Origin: Mobula hypostoma
Lineage: Eukaryota
Reading direction: 5' to 3'
DNA length: 64,000 nucleotides
NCBI RefSeq assembly: GCF_963921235.1
Contig: NC_086097.1
Location: forward strand, 113,710,001-113,774,000
The stretch's first letter is position 1. The number at the start of each line of letters is the position of its first letter. A program made the translations under genes and the position numbers. Below the pieces are notes generated by a model, which searched no databases, was not told the DNA's origin, and saw only the letters and a program-made list of their open reading frames with translations. This document shows positions 52,570-64,000 of the stretch, one piece after another.

Positions 52570-54443
52570 CAGAAACATAGAAAATAGGTGCAGGAGTAGG
52601 CCATTCAGCCCTTCGAGCCTGCACCGCCATTTATTATGATCATGGCTGATCATCCAACTCAGAACCCTGCACCAGCCTTCCCTCCATACCCTCTGATCCT
52701 CCTAGCCACAAGGGCCATATCTAACTCCCTCTTAAATATAGCCAATGAACTGGCCTCAACTGTTTCCTGTGGCAGAGAATTCCACAGATTCACCACTCTC
52801 TGTGTGAAGAAGTTTTTCCTAATCTCAGTCCTAAAAGGCTTCACCTTTATCCTCAAACCGTGAACCTCGTTCTGGACTTCCCCAACATCGGGAGCAATCT
52901 TCCTGCATCTAGCCTGTCCAATCCCTTTAGGATTTTATACGTTTCAATCAGATCCCCCCTCAATCTTCTAAATTCCAACGAGTACAAGCCTAGTTCATCC
53001 AGTCTTTCTTCATATGAAAGTCCTGCCATCCCAGGAATCAATCTGGTGAACCTTCTTTGTACTCCCTCTATGGCAAGGATGTCTTTCCTCAGATAAGGGG
53101 ACCAAAACTGCACACAATACTCCAGGTGTGGTCTCACCAAGGCCTTGTACAACTGCAGTAGTACCTCCCTGCTCCTGTACTCGAATCCTCTTGCTATAAA
53201 TGCCAGCATACCATTCGCCTTTTTCACCGCCTGCTGTACCTGCATGCCCACTTTCAATGACTGGTGTATAATGACACCCAGGTCTCGTTGCACCTCCCCT
53301 TTTCCTAATCGGCCACCATTCAGATAATAATCTGTTTTCCTATTTTTGCCACCAAAGTGGATAACTTCACATTTATCCACATTAAATTGCATCTGCCATG
53401 AATTTGCCCACTCACCCAACCTATCTAAGTCACCCTGCATCCTCTTAGCATCCTCCTCACAGCTAACACTGCCGCCCAGCTTCGTGTCATCCGCAAACTT
53501 GGAGATGCTGTATTTAATTCCCTCATCCAAGTCATTAATATATATTGTAAACAACTGGGGTCCCAGCACTGAGCCTTGTGGTACCCCACTAGTCACTGCC
53601 TGCCATTCTGAAAAGGTCCCGTTTATTCCCACTCTTTGCTTCCTGTCTGCTAACCAATTCTCTATCCACATCAATACCTTACCCCCAATACCGTGTGCTT
53701 TAAGTTTACACACTAATCTCCTGTGTGGGACCTTATCAAAAGCCTTTTGAAAATCCAGATATACCACATCCACAGGTTCTCCCCTATCCACTCTACTTGT
53801 TACATCCTCAAAAAATTCTATGAGATTCGTCAGACATGATTTTCCTTTCACAAATCCATGCTGACTTGTCCGATGATTTCACCACTTTCCAAATGTGCTG
53901 TTATCACATCTTTGATAACTGACTCCAGCAGTTTCCCCACCACCGACGTTAGGCTAACCGGTCTATAATTCCCCAGTTTCTCTTTCCCTCCTTTTTTAAA
54001 AAGTGGGGTTACATTAGCCACCCTCCAATCCTCAGGAACCAGTCCAGAATCTAATGAGTTTTGAAAAATTATCACTAATGCATCCACTATTTCTTGGGCT
54101 ACTTCCTTAAGCACTCTGGGATGCAGACCATCTGGCCCTGGGGATTTATCTGCCTTTAATCCCTTCAATTTACCTAACACCACTTCCCTACTAACATGTA
54201 TTTCGCTCAGTTCCTCCATCTCACTGGACCCTCTGTCCCTTACTATTTCTGGAAGATTATTTATGTCCTCCTTAGTGAAGACAGAACCAAAGTAATTATT
54301 CAATTGGTCTGCCATGTCCTTGCTCCCCATAATCAATTCACCTGTTTCTGTCTGTAGGGGACCTACATTTGTCTTTACAAGTCTTTTCCTTTTCACATAT
54401 CTATAAAAGCTTTTACAGTCAGTTTTTATGTTCCCTGCCAGTT
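52570..54443 (-). mobile_element. Young 5'-truncated CR1 LINE
   Basis: ORF2 is almost intact (182-aa and 332-aa pieces split by a frameshift near 53860). RT motifs GVPQGSVLGP and KFADDTKLG. 8-bp TSD TTCATTCA at 52562-52569 and 54444-54451. Confidence 0.95.
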
Positions 54444-55943
54444 TTCATTCATGTTATGTTCCTGCAAAGATAACACAAGTTTTTTTTTTACACAGAGGCA
54501 GCATATAACCACAGAAATCTACAGCACATTACAGGCCCTTCGGCCCTCAATGTTGTGCTGACCATGTATCCTACTCTAGAAGCTGCCTAGAATTTCCCTA
54601 CCGCATAGCCCTCTATTTTTCTAAGTTCCATGTACCTATCAAAGAGTCTCTTAGAAGACCCTATCGTATCCACCTCTACCCCCTTCGCTGGCAGTGTATT
54701 CCACGCACCCACCACTCTGCCCACCATTATGAGCTCAGGATGAATTACTTCCCAGAAGACAGCAATAGCTATAACCAATAATAAAAGTTTTAAAGCATGT
54801 AGCAATGTGAATGACCTAATTACAGAACAAACTATGTACATATAATAAAAAGAAATTGAACTTATGCATATACAGCAATGGATATAATCAGAACCTAAAG
54901 CAAATACCTAACATATGCCAATATATTATGCATATAATTCTGCTCTCCCTGAACTTGTTCAGTATATTGTGCATGTTTTCGATATGAATCACCTGTCCCA
55001 CTTGTTGTCAAGTCTGTGGTTCACTCATTGTTCTTAACAGTCACCTTAGAACACATAAAAGTGGAGTGGAGCCAAATTATCCCAAGGAACTGCTTAAGGA
55101 GAAAATGATTGTACTCCATTCTTATATATTTCCTTGTTAATTTCTTCAAAATGCTTTTTGCTTTGTCCTTGCTGAGACCTTCGCTTAACTTCTGTTCTTT
55201 GAAATCCATTTTCACATCTGAGTCACTTTGAAAACTGAAATGTTGGCATGAATGTAGACTGTTAAAACAGGAATGTTTACTCCAAGTTTTCATTTTTCAT
55301 CCTTCAAAGGAAGGGAGTTGCTCTATTAATCAGCAACAATCGTTATGGGGGAAACGTTCTGGATGCCTCATGCACTGAGTTCATATGGGTCAAACTCCAA
55401 AATAAAAGTGGTGCAATCACTCAGATGGGATTATAGTACAGACCTCACAACAGCCACAAGTACATTGAAGAACAATATGCAGGCAGATTAGGGAAAGGTG
55501 TAAAAACAACAGTGTTATTTAGTGGGTGACTTCAACTTCACTAATTAAGATTGAGACTCTCTTAGTACAAGCAGTTTAGATGGGGCAGTATTTAATAGGT
55601 GGATCAAGGAGGATTTCTTAAATCAATATGTGGATAAGCCTAGGAAGCGGAGGGCCATATTGGATGTGATGATATGTAAGGAGCCCGGCCAGCTGACTGA
55701 ACTTTTAGTGGGACAACAGTGGGAAATGGTTATCACTACTTAAAATTTAAGATGGCTATGGATAAGTTTTGACTTTGCGGGAGAGCATTAAGTTGGAGCA
55801 GGGCAAATTCTGAGAGTATTAGCAAGAACTAGGGAAAGTTTATTAGGAACAGCTGTTTTTGGGCAAGTCCACATCTGACATGTGGAGGGTGTTTAAATAC
55901 CATTTCCACAGAGTACAGGACAGGTATGTTCCAGTCAGAAGGA

Positions 55944-57196
55944 TTCTCATAGAACTTTTTGAGGATGTAACTAGTAGAGTGGATAGGGGAGAACCAGTGG
56001 ATGTGGTATATTTGGATTTTCAAAAGGCTTTTGACAAGGTCCCACACAGGAGATTAGTGTGCAAACTTAAAGCACACGGTATTGGGGGTAAGGTATTGAT
56101 GTGGATAGAGAATTGGTTAGCAGACAGGAAGCAAAGAGTGGGAATAAACGGGACCTTTTCAGAATGGCAGGCAGTGACTAGTGGGGTACCGCAAGGCTCA
56201 GTGCTGGGACCCCAGTTGTTTACAATATATATTAATGACTTGGATGAGGGAATTAAATGCAGCATCTCCAAGTTTGTGGATGACACGAAGCTGGGCGGCA
56301 GTGTTAGCTGTGAGGAGGATGCTAAGAGGATGCAGGGTGACTTGGATAGGTTGGGTGAGTGGGCAAATTCATGGCAGATGCAATTTAATGTGGATAAATG
56401 TGAAGTTATCCACTTTGGTGGCAAAAATAGGAAAACAGATTATTATCTGAATGGTGGCCGATTAGGAAAAGGGGAGGTGCAACGAGACCTGGGTGTCATT
56501 ATACACCAGTCATTGAAAGTGGGCATGCAGGTACAGCAGACGGTGAAAAAGGCGAATGGTATTTTGGCATTTATAGCGAGAGGATTCGAGTACAGGAGCA
56601 GGGAGGTACTACTGCAGTTGTACAAGGCCTTGGTGAGACCACACCTGGAGTATTGTGTGCAGTTTTGGTCCCCTAATCTGAGGAAAGACATCCTTGCCAT
56701 AGAGGGAGTACAAAGAAGGTTCACCAGATTGATTCCTGGGATGGCAGGACTTTCATATGAAGAAAGACTGGATGAACTGGGCTTGTACTCGTTGGAATTT
56801 AGAAGATTGAGGGGGGATCTGATTGAAACGTATAAGATCCTAAAGGGATTGGACAGGCTAGATGCGGGAAGATTGTTCCCGATGTTGGGGAGGTCCAGAA
56901 TGAGGGGTCACAGTTTGAGGATAGAGGAGAAGCCTTTTAGGACCGAGATTAGGAAAAACTTCTTCACACAGAGAGTGGTGAATCTGTGGAATTCTCTGCC
57001 ACAGCAAACTGTTGAGGCCAGTTCATTAGCTATGTTTAAAAGGAAGTTAGATATGGCCCTTGTGGCTACAGGGGTCAGGGGGTATGGAGGGAAGGCTGGG
57101 TTCTGAGTTGGATGATCAGCCATGATCATAATAAATGGCGGTGCAGGCTCGAAGGGCCGAATGGCCTACTCCTGCACCTATTTTCTATGTTTCTAT
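55944..57196 (+). mobile_element. Young 5'-truncated CR1 LINE
   Basis: Open RT-to-C-terminus frame. Near-identical inverted copy of 52570-53825. TTTCTATG tail. Confidence 0.95.
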
Positions 57197-57965
57197 AAGA
57201 ATAGCCAGATAAAAGAACCTTGGATGTCAAGAAGTAAAAGGAAAGGTGTGCAAGGTAGGATCAAACAGAGCCCTGGAGGATTAAAAAGAAGCCAGTTAAG
57301 AAGGGAATGAGGAAAGTGAGGAGAGGCCATTAAAAGTCCTTGGCAAGTAGGAATAAAGAGGATCCCAAGGCAATCTTTGCATATATCAAGAACAAGTGAT
57401 TAACTAGTGAGGGGATAGGACCAAACTACGATAAAGAAGAAAAATGTGCATGAAGGTGGAGGATGTGGGTGAGATCCTAAATGACTACTTTGGATCAGTA
57501 TTTAGGAGGAGGATATGGAAATCAACGTGGAGTGTTCTAACATGTTAGGGAATTTTGAAATGAAGGAGGAGCTAAAATTATGCCCTTTAAAGAATATTAT
57601 GGTGGACAAGTCCCCTGAGCTTGATGGGACTCACCACAAGTTATTGAGAGAGGCAACAGATGAGATTGCTGAGGCCTTCACCAATATCTTTGTGTCCTCT
57701 CTAGCCATAGTTCCAGAGGACTGGTGGGTAGCCAATGTTATTCCATTATTCAAGAAGGGAAATAGGAATAATCCTGGAAACTATAGACAGGTGAGACTCA
57801 CATCAGAGATAGGGAAGATACTGGAGAGGATTCTTAGGGATAGAACATGAGTATTTAGAAAACCATGGCTTGATTAGGGACAGTCAGAATGGCTTGGTAT
57901 AGGGCAAGTTGTCTCTTTACTAACTTGGTTAAGTTTTTCGTGGAGGTGATGAAGGTAGAGCTGTA

Positions 57966-58161
57966 AACAACAGGAATTCTGCAGATGCTGGAAATTCAAG
58001 CAACACACATAAAAGTTGCTGGTGAACGCAGCAGGCCAGGCAACATCTCTAGGAAGAGGTGCAGTCGACGTTTCAGGCCGAAACCCTTCGTCAGAGGTCG
58101 ACTGCACCTCTTCCTAGAGATTCTGCCTGGCCTGCTGCGATTCACCAGCAACTTTTATGTG
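57966..58161. mobile_element. 196-bp hairpin mini-insertion made of two inverted Penelope termini
   Basis: Arms at 58004-58069 and 58097-58163. 16-bp TSD TGAAGGTAGAGCTGTA at 57950-57965 and 58162-58177. Hammerhead core in the loop. Confidence 0.9.
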
Positions 58162-58609
58162 TGAAGGTAGAGCTGTAGATGTTGTCTACATGGATTTTAA
58201 TAAGATGATTGACAAGGTTCCTTATGGGAGGTGGATCCAGAGGATTAAGATGCATGGGATCCATGGTGAATTGGCCGTTTGGATTCAGACTTTGTTTGCC
58301 CATAGAAGGAAGAAGATAGTGGTCGATGGGACTTACTCTGGCTGAAGGTCTGTGATTATTCTGCAGGGATCCATTTTGGGACTTCTGCTGTGTGTGATAT
58401 ACAGTATGTAACTTGCCTGGATGAAAACTCATGTGAGTGGGTTAGTGAATTTGCAGATGATATGAAGGTTGCTGAGGTTCCGGATAGAGTGAAAAACTGG
58501 CAAAGGATACAGCAGGATGTCGATCAATTACTTTTATAGATGGAGAAATAATTGATAGTCAAAGAAATGGTAAATGGTGGGTAGAGAATGTGTAGAGGGA
58601 TTGTAGACT

Positions 58610-59910
58610 GTTGAAAGGTTGTAATAATAGGTGATTTTAACTTTTCACATATTGACTGGGACTCCCATACTTTAAAAGGGGAGGGTGGGATAGAATTTGT
58701 CAAATGTGTTCAGGCAAGTGTACTCAATTAATACATAAAGGTTCCAATGAGAGAGAATGTGATTCTCAATCTCCTATTAGGGAATGGGGCAGGGCAGCTA
58801 ACAAAAGTTTGTGTAGAGAACACTTTGCGTCTAGTGATCATAACGCTATTGGTTTCAAGATAATTATGGAGAAGGATAGGACTGGTCCTCAGGCTGAGAT
58901 TCTGAATTTGAGATGGTCAGAAAGTTTGGATTGGGACAGGTTGTTTTCTGGCAAAGATATACTTGGTAAGTGGGAGACATTCTAAAGTAAAATTTTGAGA
59001 GTACAGAATTTGTATGTTAATGTTGAAATAAAGGGTAAGGTTAACAGGTTAGGGAACCTTGGTTTTCAAGAGATATGGTTAAGAGGAAGAAGGAGGTACA
59101 TAGCAGCTACAGGCAGGAAGGAGAAAATGAAATACTTGATGAGTACAAGAAATTCAAGAGAAATCAGGAGGACTACAAGGCATGAGGTTGCTCTAGCAGA
59201 CAAGGTGAAGGAGAATCCTAAGGGTTCTTAGGATTAGCAAGAAATTTAAGAGCAAAAAGATTGCAAGGACAAAATTGTTCCTGTGGAAGAGCCAAGTGGC
59301 CACCTAGACATCAGGCTGAATGAGATGGGTTTTTTTTTACATCTGCACTTACTCAGTTGATGGATACCAAGTCCATAGAAGTGAGGCAAAGCAGCAATAG
59401 GTCATACAGACTACAGAGGAGTTGTTTGCTATCATGAGGAAAATTAGGATAGATAAATCCCCAGGGCCTGATAGTTTGCTCCCTCGGACCCTGTTGGAGG
59501 CTAGTGTAGAAGTTGCAGGAGCCCTAGCAGAGATATTTAAAACATGGGAGGATAGGCGGATAGCTAATATGGTTCTGTTGTTTAAGAGAGACTCTAACAA
59601 TAAGCTGGGAAATTATAGGGTAAGTTATTGGAAGGTTTTCTAAGGGACCAAATATATAAGTATTTGAATAGGCAAGGACTGAATAGGGATAGTCAACATG
59701 GCTTTGTGCACGGTAGGTCATGTCTAACCAACCTTGTAGAGTTTTTCAAGGAAGTTACCAGGAAAGTTGATGAAGGCAAGGCAGTAGGTTTTGCCTACAT
59801 GGAATTTAGCAAGGCTTTTGACAAGGTCCCGCTTGGGAGCCTGGTCCATAAGGTTCAGTTGCTTGGCATTCAGTACGAAGTAGTAAATTGGATTGAAGTT
59901 TGGCTTCACA
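58610..59910 (+). mobile_element. Old CR1 LINE fragment
   Basis: Encodes IIGDFNF, DKSPGPDS, SQHGFVHGRSCLTNL and FSKAFDKVP. Confidence 0.85.
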
Positions 59911-60024
59911 GGAGATACAGAAACATTGTAAGATACAGATGTAAGACACAGAAACATTGGTGAGGTCTCTGAAAATATATTGAACTTCTGGCAAATTCCT
60001 ATAAGCCTTCCAATTCCTATTCAA

Positions 60025-60637
60025 AGCTGGTCTAAGAACACTGAGGCTGTCTACAAGAAGGGTCAGAGCCGTCTCTATTTCCTGAGGAGACTGAGGTTCT
60101 TTAACATCTGCCGGCCGATGCTGAGGATGTTCTACGAGTCTGTGGTGGCCAGTGCTATCATGTTTGCTGTTGTGTGCTGGGGCAGCAGGCTGAGGGTAGC
60201 AGACACCAACAGAATCAACAAACTCATTCCTAAGGCCAGTGATGTTGTGGGGATGGAACTGGACTCCCTCACGGTGGTGTCTGAAAAGAGGACGCTGTCT
60301 AAGTTGCATGCCATCTTGGTCAATGTCTCCCATCCACTACATAATGTACTGGGTGGGCACAGGAGTACATTCAGCCAGAGACTCATTCCTCTGAGATGCA
60401 GCACAGAGCGTCATAGGAAGTCATTCCTGCCTGTGGCCATCAAACTTTACAACTCCTCCCTTGGAGGGTCAGACACCCTGAGCCAATAGGCTGGTCCTGG
60501 ACTTATTTCATAATTTACTGGCATAATTTACAGATTACTATTTAACTATTTATGGTTCTATTACTATTTATTATTTATGGTGCAACTGTAACAAAAACCA
60601 ATTTCCCCCGGGATCAATAAAGTATGATTATGACTAT
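60025..60637 (+). mobile_element. Young Rex1/Babar-like LINE 3' end
   Basis: Open frame KKGQSRLYFLRRLR..FYESVVAS..VCWGS and a (TATGAY)n tail. Confidence 0.88.
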
Positions 60638-61346
60638 AAACATATGCCATGGACTCTGTGCTTTGCAGAAAGCCTGATCTGAGGTGGATCTGAGGGTAGG
60701 AGGATGAATCATCTGTCTTGTCTATCATTACTTCCCTCATTTCAGTGAAAGGAAGTGGATTGAAAGCTTGGGGCAGGATATCCTCCCCCCCCACCCCCCC
60801 GCCACCGGAGTGTCAAATGTGACCAAATACATTCTCTGGAGATTTTAGAATGAACATCCTCTGAGTCCTGGAAGCCTTTGGCACCAAAATGCAAGCTGGT
60901 GGTCCACTGAGAAAAGGCCTTGGGTAACTTCTTTGTAATTAGCTAACCTCCTTTGGCAGTAAGCACTAGATTGAGTACTGAAGCAGATATTGTGATTTGA
61001 AGTACAATCTATATGATCACTGCCTATCCAAGTTCAGACTGTTCTCTGCAATGGCAGTTCTGTTCATGCTGCTACTTTTCTCTAATTAGGCCCTCCTTCA
61101 ACAAAAAAAAAACACAAAATAACAGAAGGTATGCAGCAACTCTGGCTAGGAGGCTTCCATCCTTGCTGACACCTTCTCTACTTTGCTGAAATATGATCTG
61201 TTCATTTCAGCTGGATTTTCGCAGAGTGAATTATTTTATAATAAAAAAAACTAATTTCCAATTTAGGCTACAGAAACAAGTCATGAAAGTCCAAATCCAG
61301 ATAAACAAAAATTCTAGAGGGATAGAACTAATTTTTATAATGCACA

Positions 61347-61460
61347 TCAAAGTTGCTGGTGAACGCAGCAGGCCAGGCAGCATCTCTAGGAAGAGGTACA
61401 GCCGACGTTTCGGGCTGGGACCCTTCGTCAGGACTAACTGAAAGAAGAGCTAGTAAGAGA
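61347..61460 (-). mobile_element. 114-bp Penelope-terminus insertion carrying a hammerhead motif
   Basis: 13-bp TSD TTTATAATGCACA at 61334-61346 and 61461-61473. Confidence 0.88.
61399..61436 (-). ncRNA. Minimal hammerhead ribozyme motif
   Basis: UAGUC-CUGACGA-A-GGGUCCCAGCCC-GAAAC-GUC-GGCUG. Core intact; stem I is kept by a G-U pair. Confidence 0.72.
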
Positions 61461-61887
61461 TTTATAATGCACAATTGCTTTGAATCCAGCTAGGTTAGAA
61501 AGCTACAGCATTGGCTCATGGTGGCTCATTGAACTATTTGGATATTACTAAATCAGTACAATGCACAATTCCAGGATAATCATGTCAAGTTAACACTTAC
61601 ATATTACAGTACTGACCTGACTGTTGTATTTTTGGGATCAACAATGCAGGATATTTGTGCCCACTGGTATTGCCATGCTTGAGTTGCATTATAAAAGTTA
61701 GAGGAACATCAAAAAGACATTAGATTTTTAAAAATATCTTAGGCACATTCTGTGCCATTACACAGTTTAATGATTTCAATTATTTTAAGTCAGTAAAAGC
61801 ATAAAATGGGACACAAACCAATGAATCAGTGCCACTCTATTTCAACATACGGAAGTTCAAACCTGATTTATTATTAAAGTACATATA

Positions 61888-62109
61888 CAGTGGTATGCAA
61901 AAATTTGGGCACCCCTGGTCAAAATTTCTGTTACTGTCAATAGCTAAGTGAGTAAAAGATAACCTGATTTCCAAAAGGCATAAAGTTAAAGATGACACAT
62001 TTCTTTAATATTTAAGCAAGATTACTTTTTTATTTCCATCTTTCACAGTTTCAAAATAACAAAAAAGGAAAGGGGCCCGAAGCAAAAGTTTGGACACCCT
62101 GCATGGTCA
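61888..62109. mobile_element. One IR/DR-type end of a Tc1-like transposon
   Basis: TA followed by CAGTGGTATGCAAAAATTTGGGCACCC, with an inner direct repeat gcaaaagtttggacaccc at ~62082-62099. Confidence 0.75.
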
Positions 62110-64000
62110 TCTTCTTCTTCTTCTTCTTCTATTTCCGGCTGCTTAGACGCATCTCGGCATATTACAGCCCTCCGCAGGATGTATAATAAATTATAGAACT
62201 TCAAGGAACTCAAATTCTCGAATATTACCTAGTCTCACGTATAAACTGAATAATAGACTCTTCAATCAGATGTTGATTTTCTTAATTACCAAACAAGGAT
62301 TTAATAGAAAACCAAAATAAGTTTAAACCAGATAGCCTCTTGAACAACATGCTTCTTTCAATTTTGTATCGATTACAGCTCAGCAAAACATGCTGGACTG
62401 TCTCTGGACCACCACTGTCACGTAATCCAGTAGGATATCTTCCTATTGTCTTTAAATAATAGTTTAGCCCCCAATGCGCCAACCTAAGTCTTGTTAATTT
62501 TACCAAATCTCTACGACTTAAAAGGTAACAGTCTGAGACCTTTTTAACTAGTAATTGACTAGAGAAATAACGCCTGCCCCTCAATTCGATTTTCCAATTC
62601 TCCTGCCACTTCTTCTCTATACCTGTTTAAATCCTACTTCTCAATTCTGCTTTGCCTAGGGAAACTCTAATTTCTACTTGCCTGCTCTGTAAGGAAGACT
62701 TTGCAATACCATCCACAATTTCATTTCCCTCCATCCCAGCATGCCCAGGTATCCATGAAAGTCTAACTGCACAACCCATCTTCCCTACTCTAAACAACAC
62801 TAAAAGAATCTCAATAACTATGTCAGGATGAGCTTTTGATTTATTCCCTTTTATAGCCTCTAAGGCAGCAGCAGAATCCGAACAGATGATAACCCTACGT
62901 GGTCGAGAGTCTTCTATCCACCATAAGGCCCAGAGGGCTGCTAATAATTCTGTTGCAAAGACAGAAACACCATCTGAAACCCGGTGACCAATCTTAACTC
63001 CCAGTTGAGACACATACATCCCAAATCCTGCCCTACTGCTCTCTGGGTCCACTGAGCCATCAGTAAAAATCTTCAGATAAGATCCCCATTTATTATTTAA
63101 ATATTCATTTGTGATCAACGCTGATGAAATTGCACTGCTTCCTTGAAGCTGAAAAAGGAGGAATAGGTCTACTTCTCGTTCTGGAAAGAGCCAAAAAGGG
63201 ACGGGTAGCAAGCAAATTTGGTCAACTATGTCTTCCTCAGTCAGTTTCAATTTCACAGCCCAGTTGTTAACCAAATCTAAAAATGGGTATCTTTTAATTT
63301 TACTTTGGTGTTCCAACCTCCCCTGCAAAAGACACTTTGATGGACAACTGCGATTGAATCCATTCAGTTTTGCCTAATACTGCAGGCCCAACTGAATTCG
63401 TCTTAAATGCAGAGGCTCTTCTCCCATCTCCACACATAATGCTGGGACTGATGTTGTTCTAAAAGCTCCACATCAGAGTCTAAGTGCTTTGGACTGCACA
63501 GTGTCTAGTTTTCCAAGCACTGCCATAGCAGTGGAACCATAAATAATACAACCATAATCTATTACTGATCTAATCATAGCTAGATATATTAAGTACATAG
63601 TTTCCTGCCCTGCTCCCCAGTCGCATCCAGCAATAGTTCTCATAACATTTAAAACTTTCTCACATCTTCCAATTGTTTTATCTATATGAACCCTCCAAGT
63701 AAGTCTTTCATCAAACCAGACACCCGAAAAACTTGAATACCTCGACTCTTTCTAGTGGAGAACCATACAGACACAATTCACAGTCAGGAATCTTTCCTCT
63801 AAAGCCAAAAATCATATATTTGGACTTAGAAGCAGAAATCCTAAAACCCCATTTATTAGCCCAGTTTTCAACTGATCTTAAAGACTTTTGTACCTGCCTT
63901 AATATATACTTGATGTTTTTTCCTCTTTTCCAGATTGCACCATCGTCTGCAAACAATGATTTGCCAAATCCTGTCCCTACCTGATCAAAGATGTCATTTA
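62110..64000 (-). mobile_element. I/Nimb-like LINE with RT, RNase H and CCHC; runs off the window
   Basis: RT (LFADDGAIW), RNase H (IFTDGS, ELLA, ICSDS, WIPGHAG..GNEIVD), CCHC remnant and a (GAA)n tail. Contains frameshifts and stops. Confidence 0.88.

Larger units (their letters stand above)
55350..58550 (+). mobile_element. Old CR1 LINE hosting two younger insertions
   Basis: Endonuclease remnant (VGDFNF), DKSPELDG..PEDWWVANVIPLFKKG and VDVVYMDFNK. Confidence 0.8.

Noticed and set aside
53346..53750. 134-aa ORF duplicated at 56020-56424
   Set aside because: It is the antisense frame of the CR1 RT, shared only because the two copies are near-identical.
55021..55293. 90-aa minus-strand ORF as an exon of a neighbouring gene
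   Set aside because: No frame resembles a protein I recognise, including ATP6V1C1, and the splice signals are ambiguous. It cannot be excluded without RNA data.
55859..57106. 415-aa ORF as a domesticated RT gene
   Set aside because: It has a non-ATG start and is a chance in-frame fusion of an old CR1 with a young, 5'-truncated CR1 copy.

Overview
Repeat-rich vertebrate genomic DNA, not prokaryotic. The repeat content (CR1, V-SINE/HE1-like SINEs, Penelope, Rex1/Babar) points to a cartilaginous fish; this is an inference. The only host gene I can support is BAALC on the minus strand: coding exon 1 at 24235-24049, a ~19.8 kb intron, and coding exon 2 at 4237-4056. Its last exon was not found and probably lies left of the window. 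Most of the rest is nested transposable elements: CR1, Rex1/Babar-like and RNase H-bearing I/Nimb-like LINEs, Penelope-like elements (PLEs), a decayed chromodomain Ty3/Gypsy element, solo LTRs with 5-bp target-site duplications (TSDs), Tc1-derived non-autonomous elements, a PIF/Harbinger MITE and SINEs. The most interesting signal is a dispersed set of minimal hammerhead ribozyme motifs (CUGANGA...GAAAC-GUC) in PLE termini. These include two tiny TSD-bounded insertions (114 bp, and a 196-bp long hairpin) that are little more than the ribozyme-bearing terminus. Hammerheads in PLEs are an established phenomenon. Whether these mini-insertions form an independently mobile family cannot be decided from this window. 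Family assignments come from motif recognition by eye, and many element boundaries are approximate.
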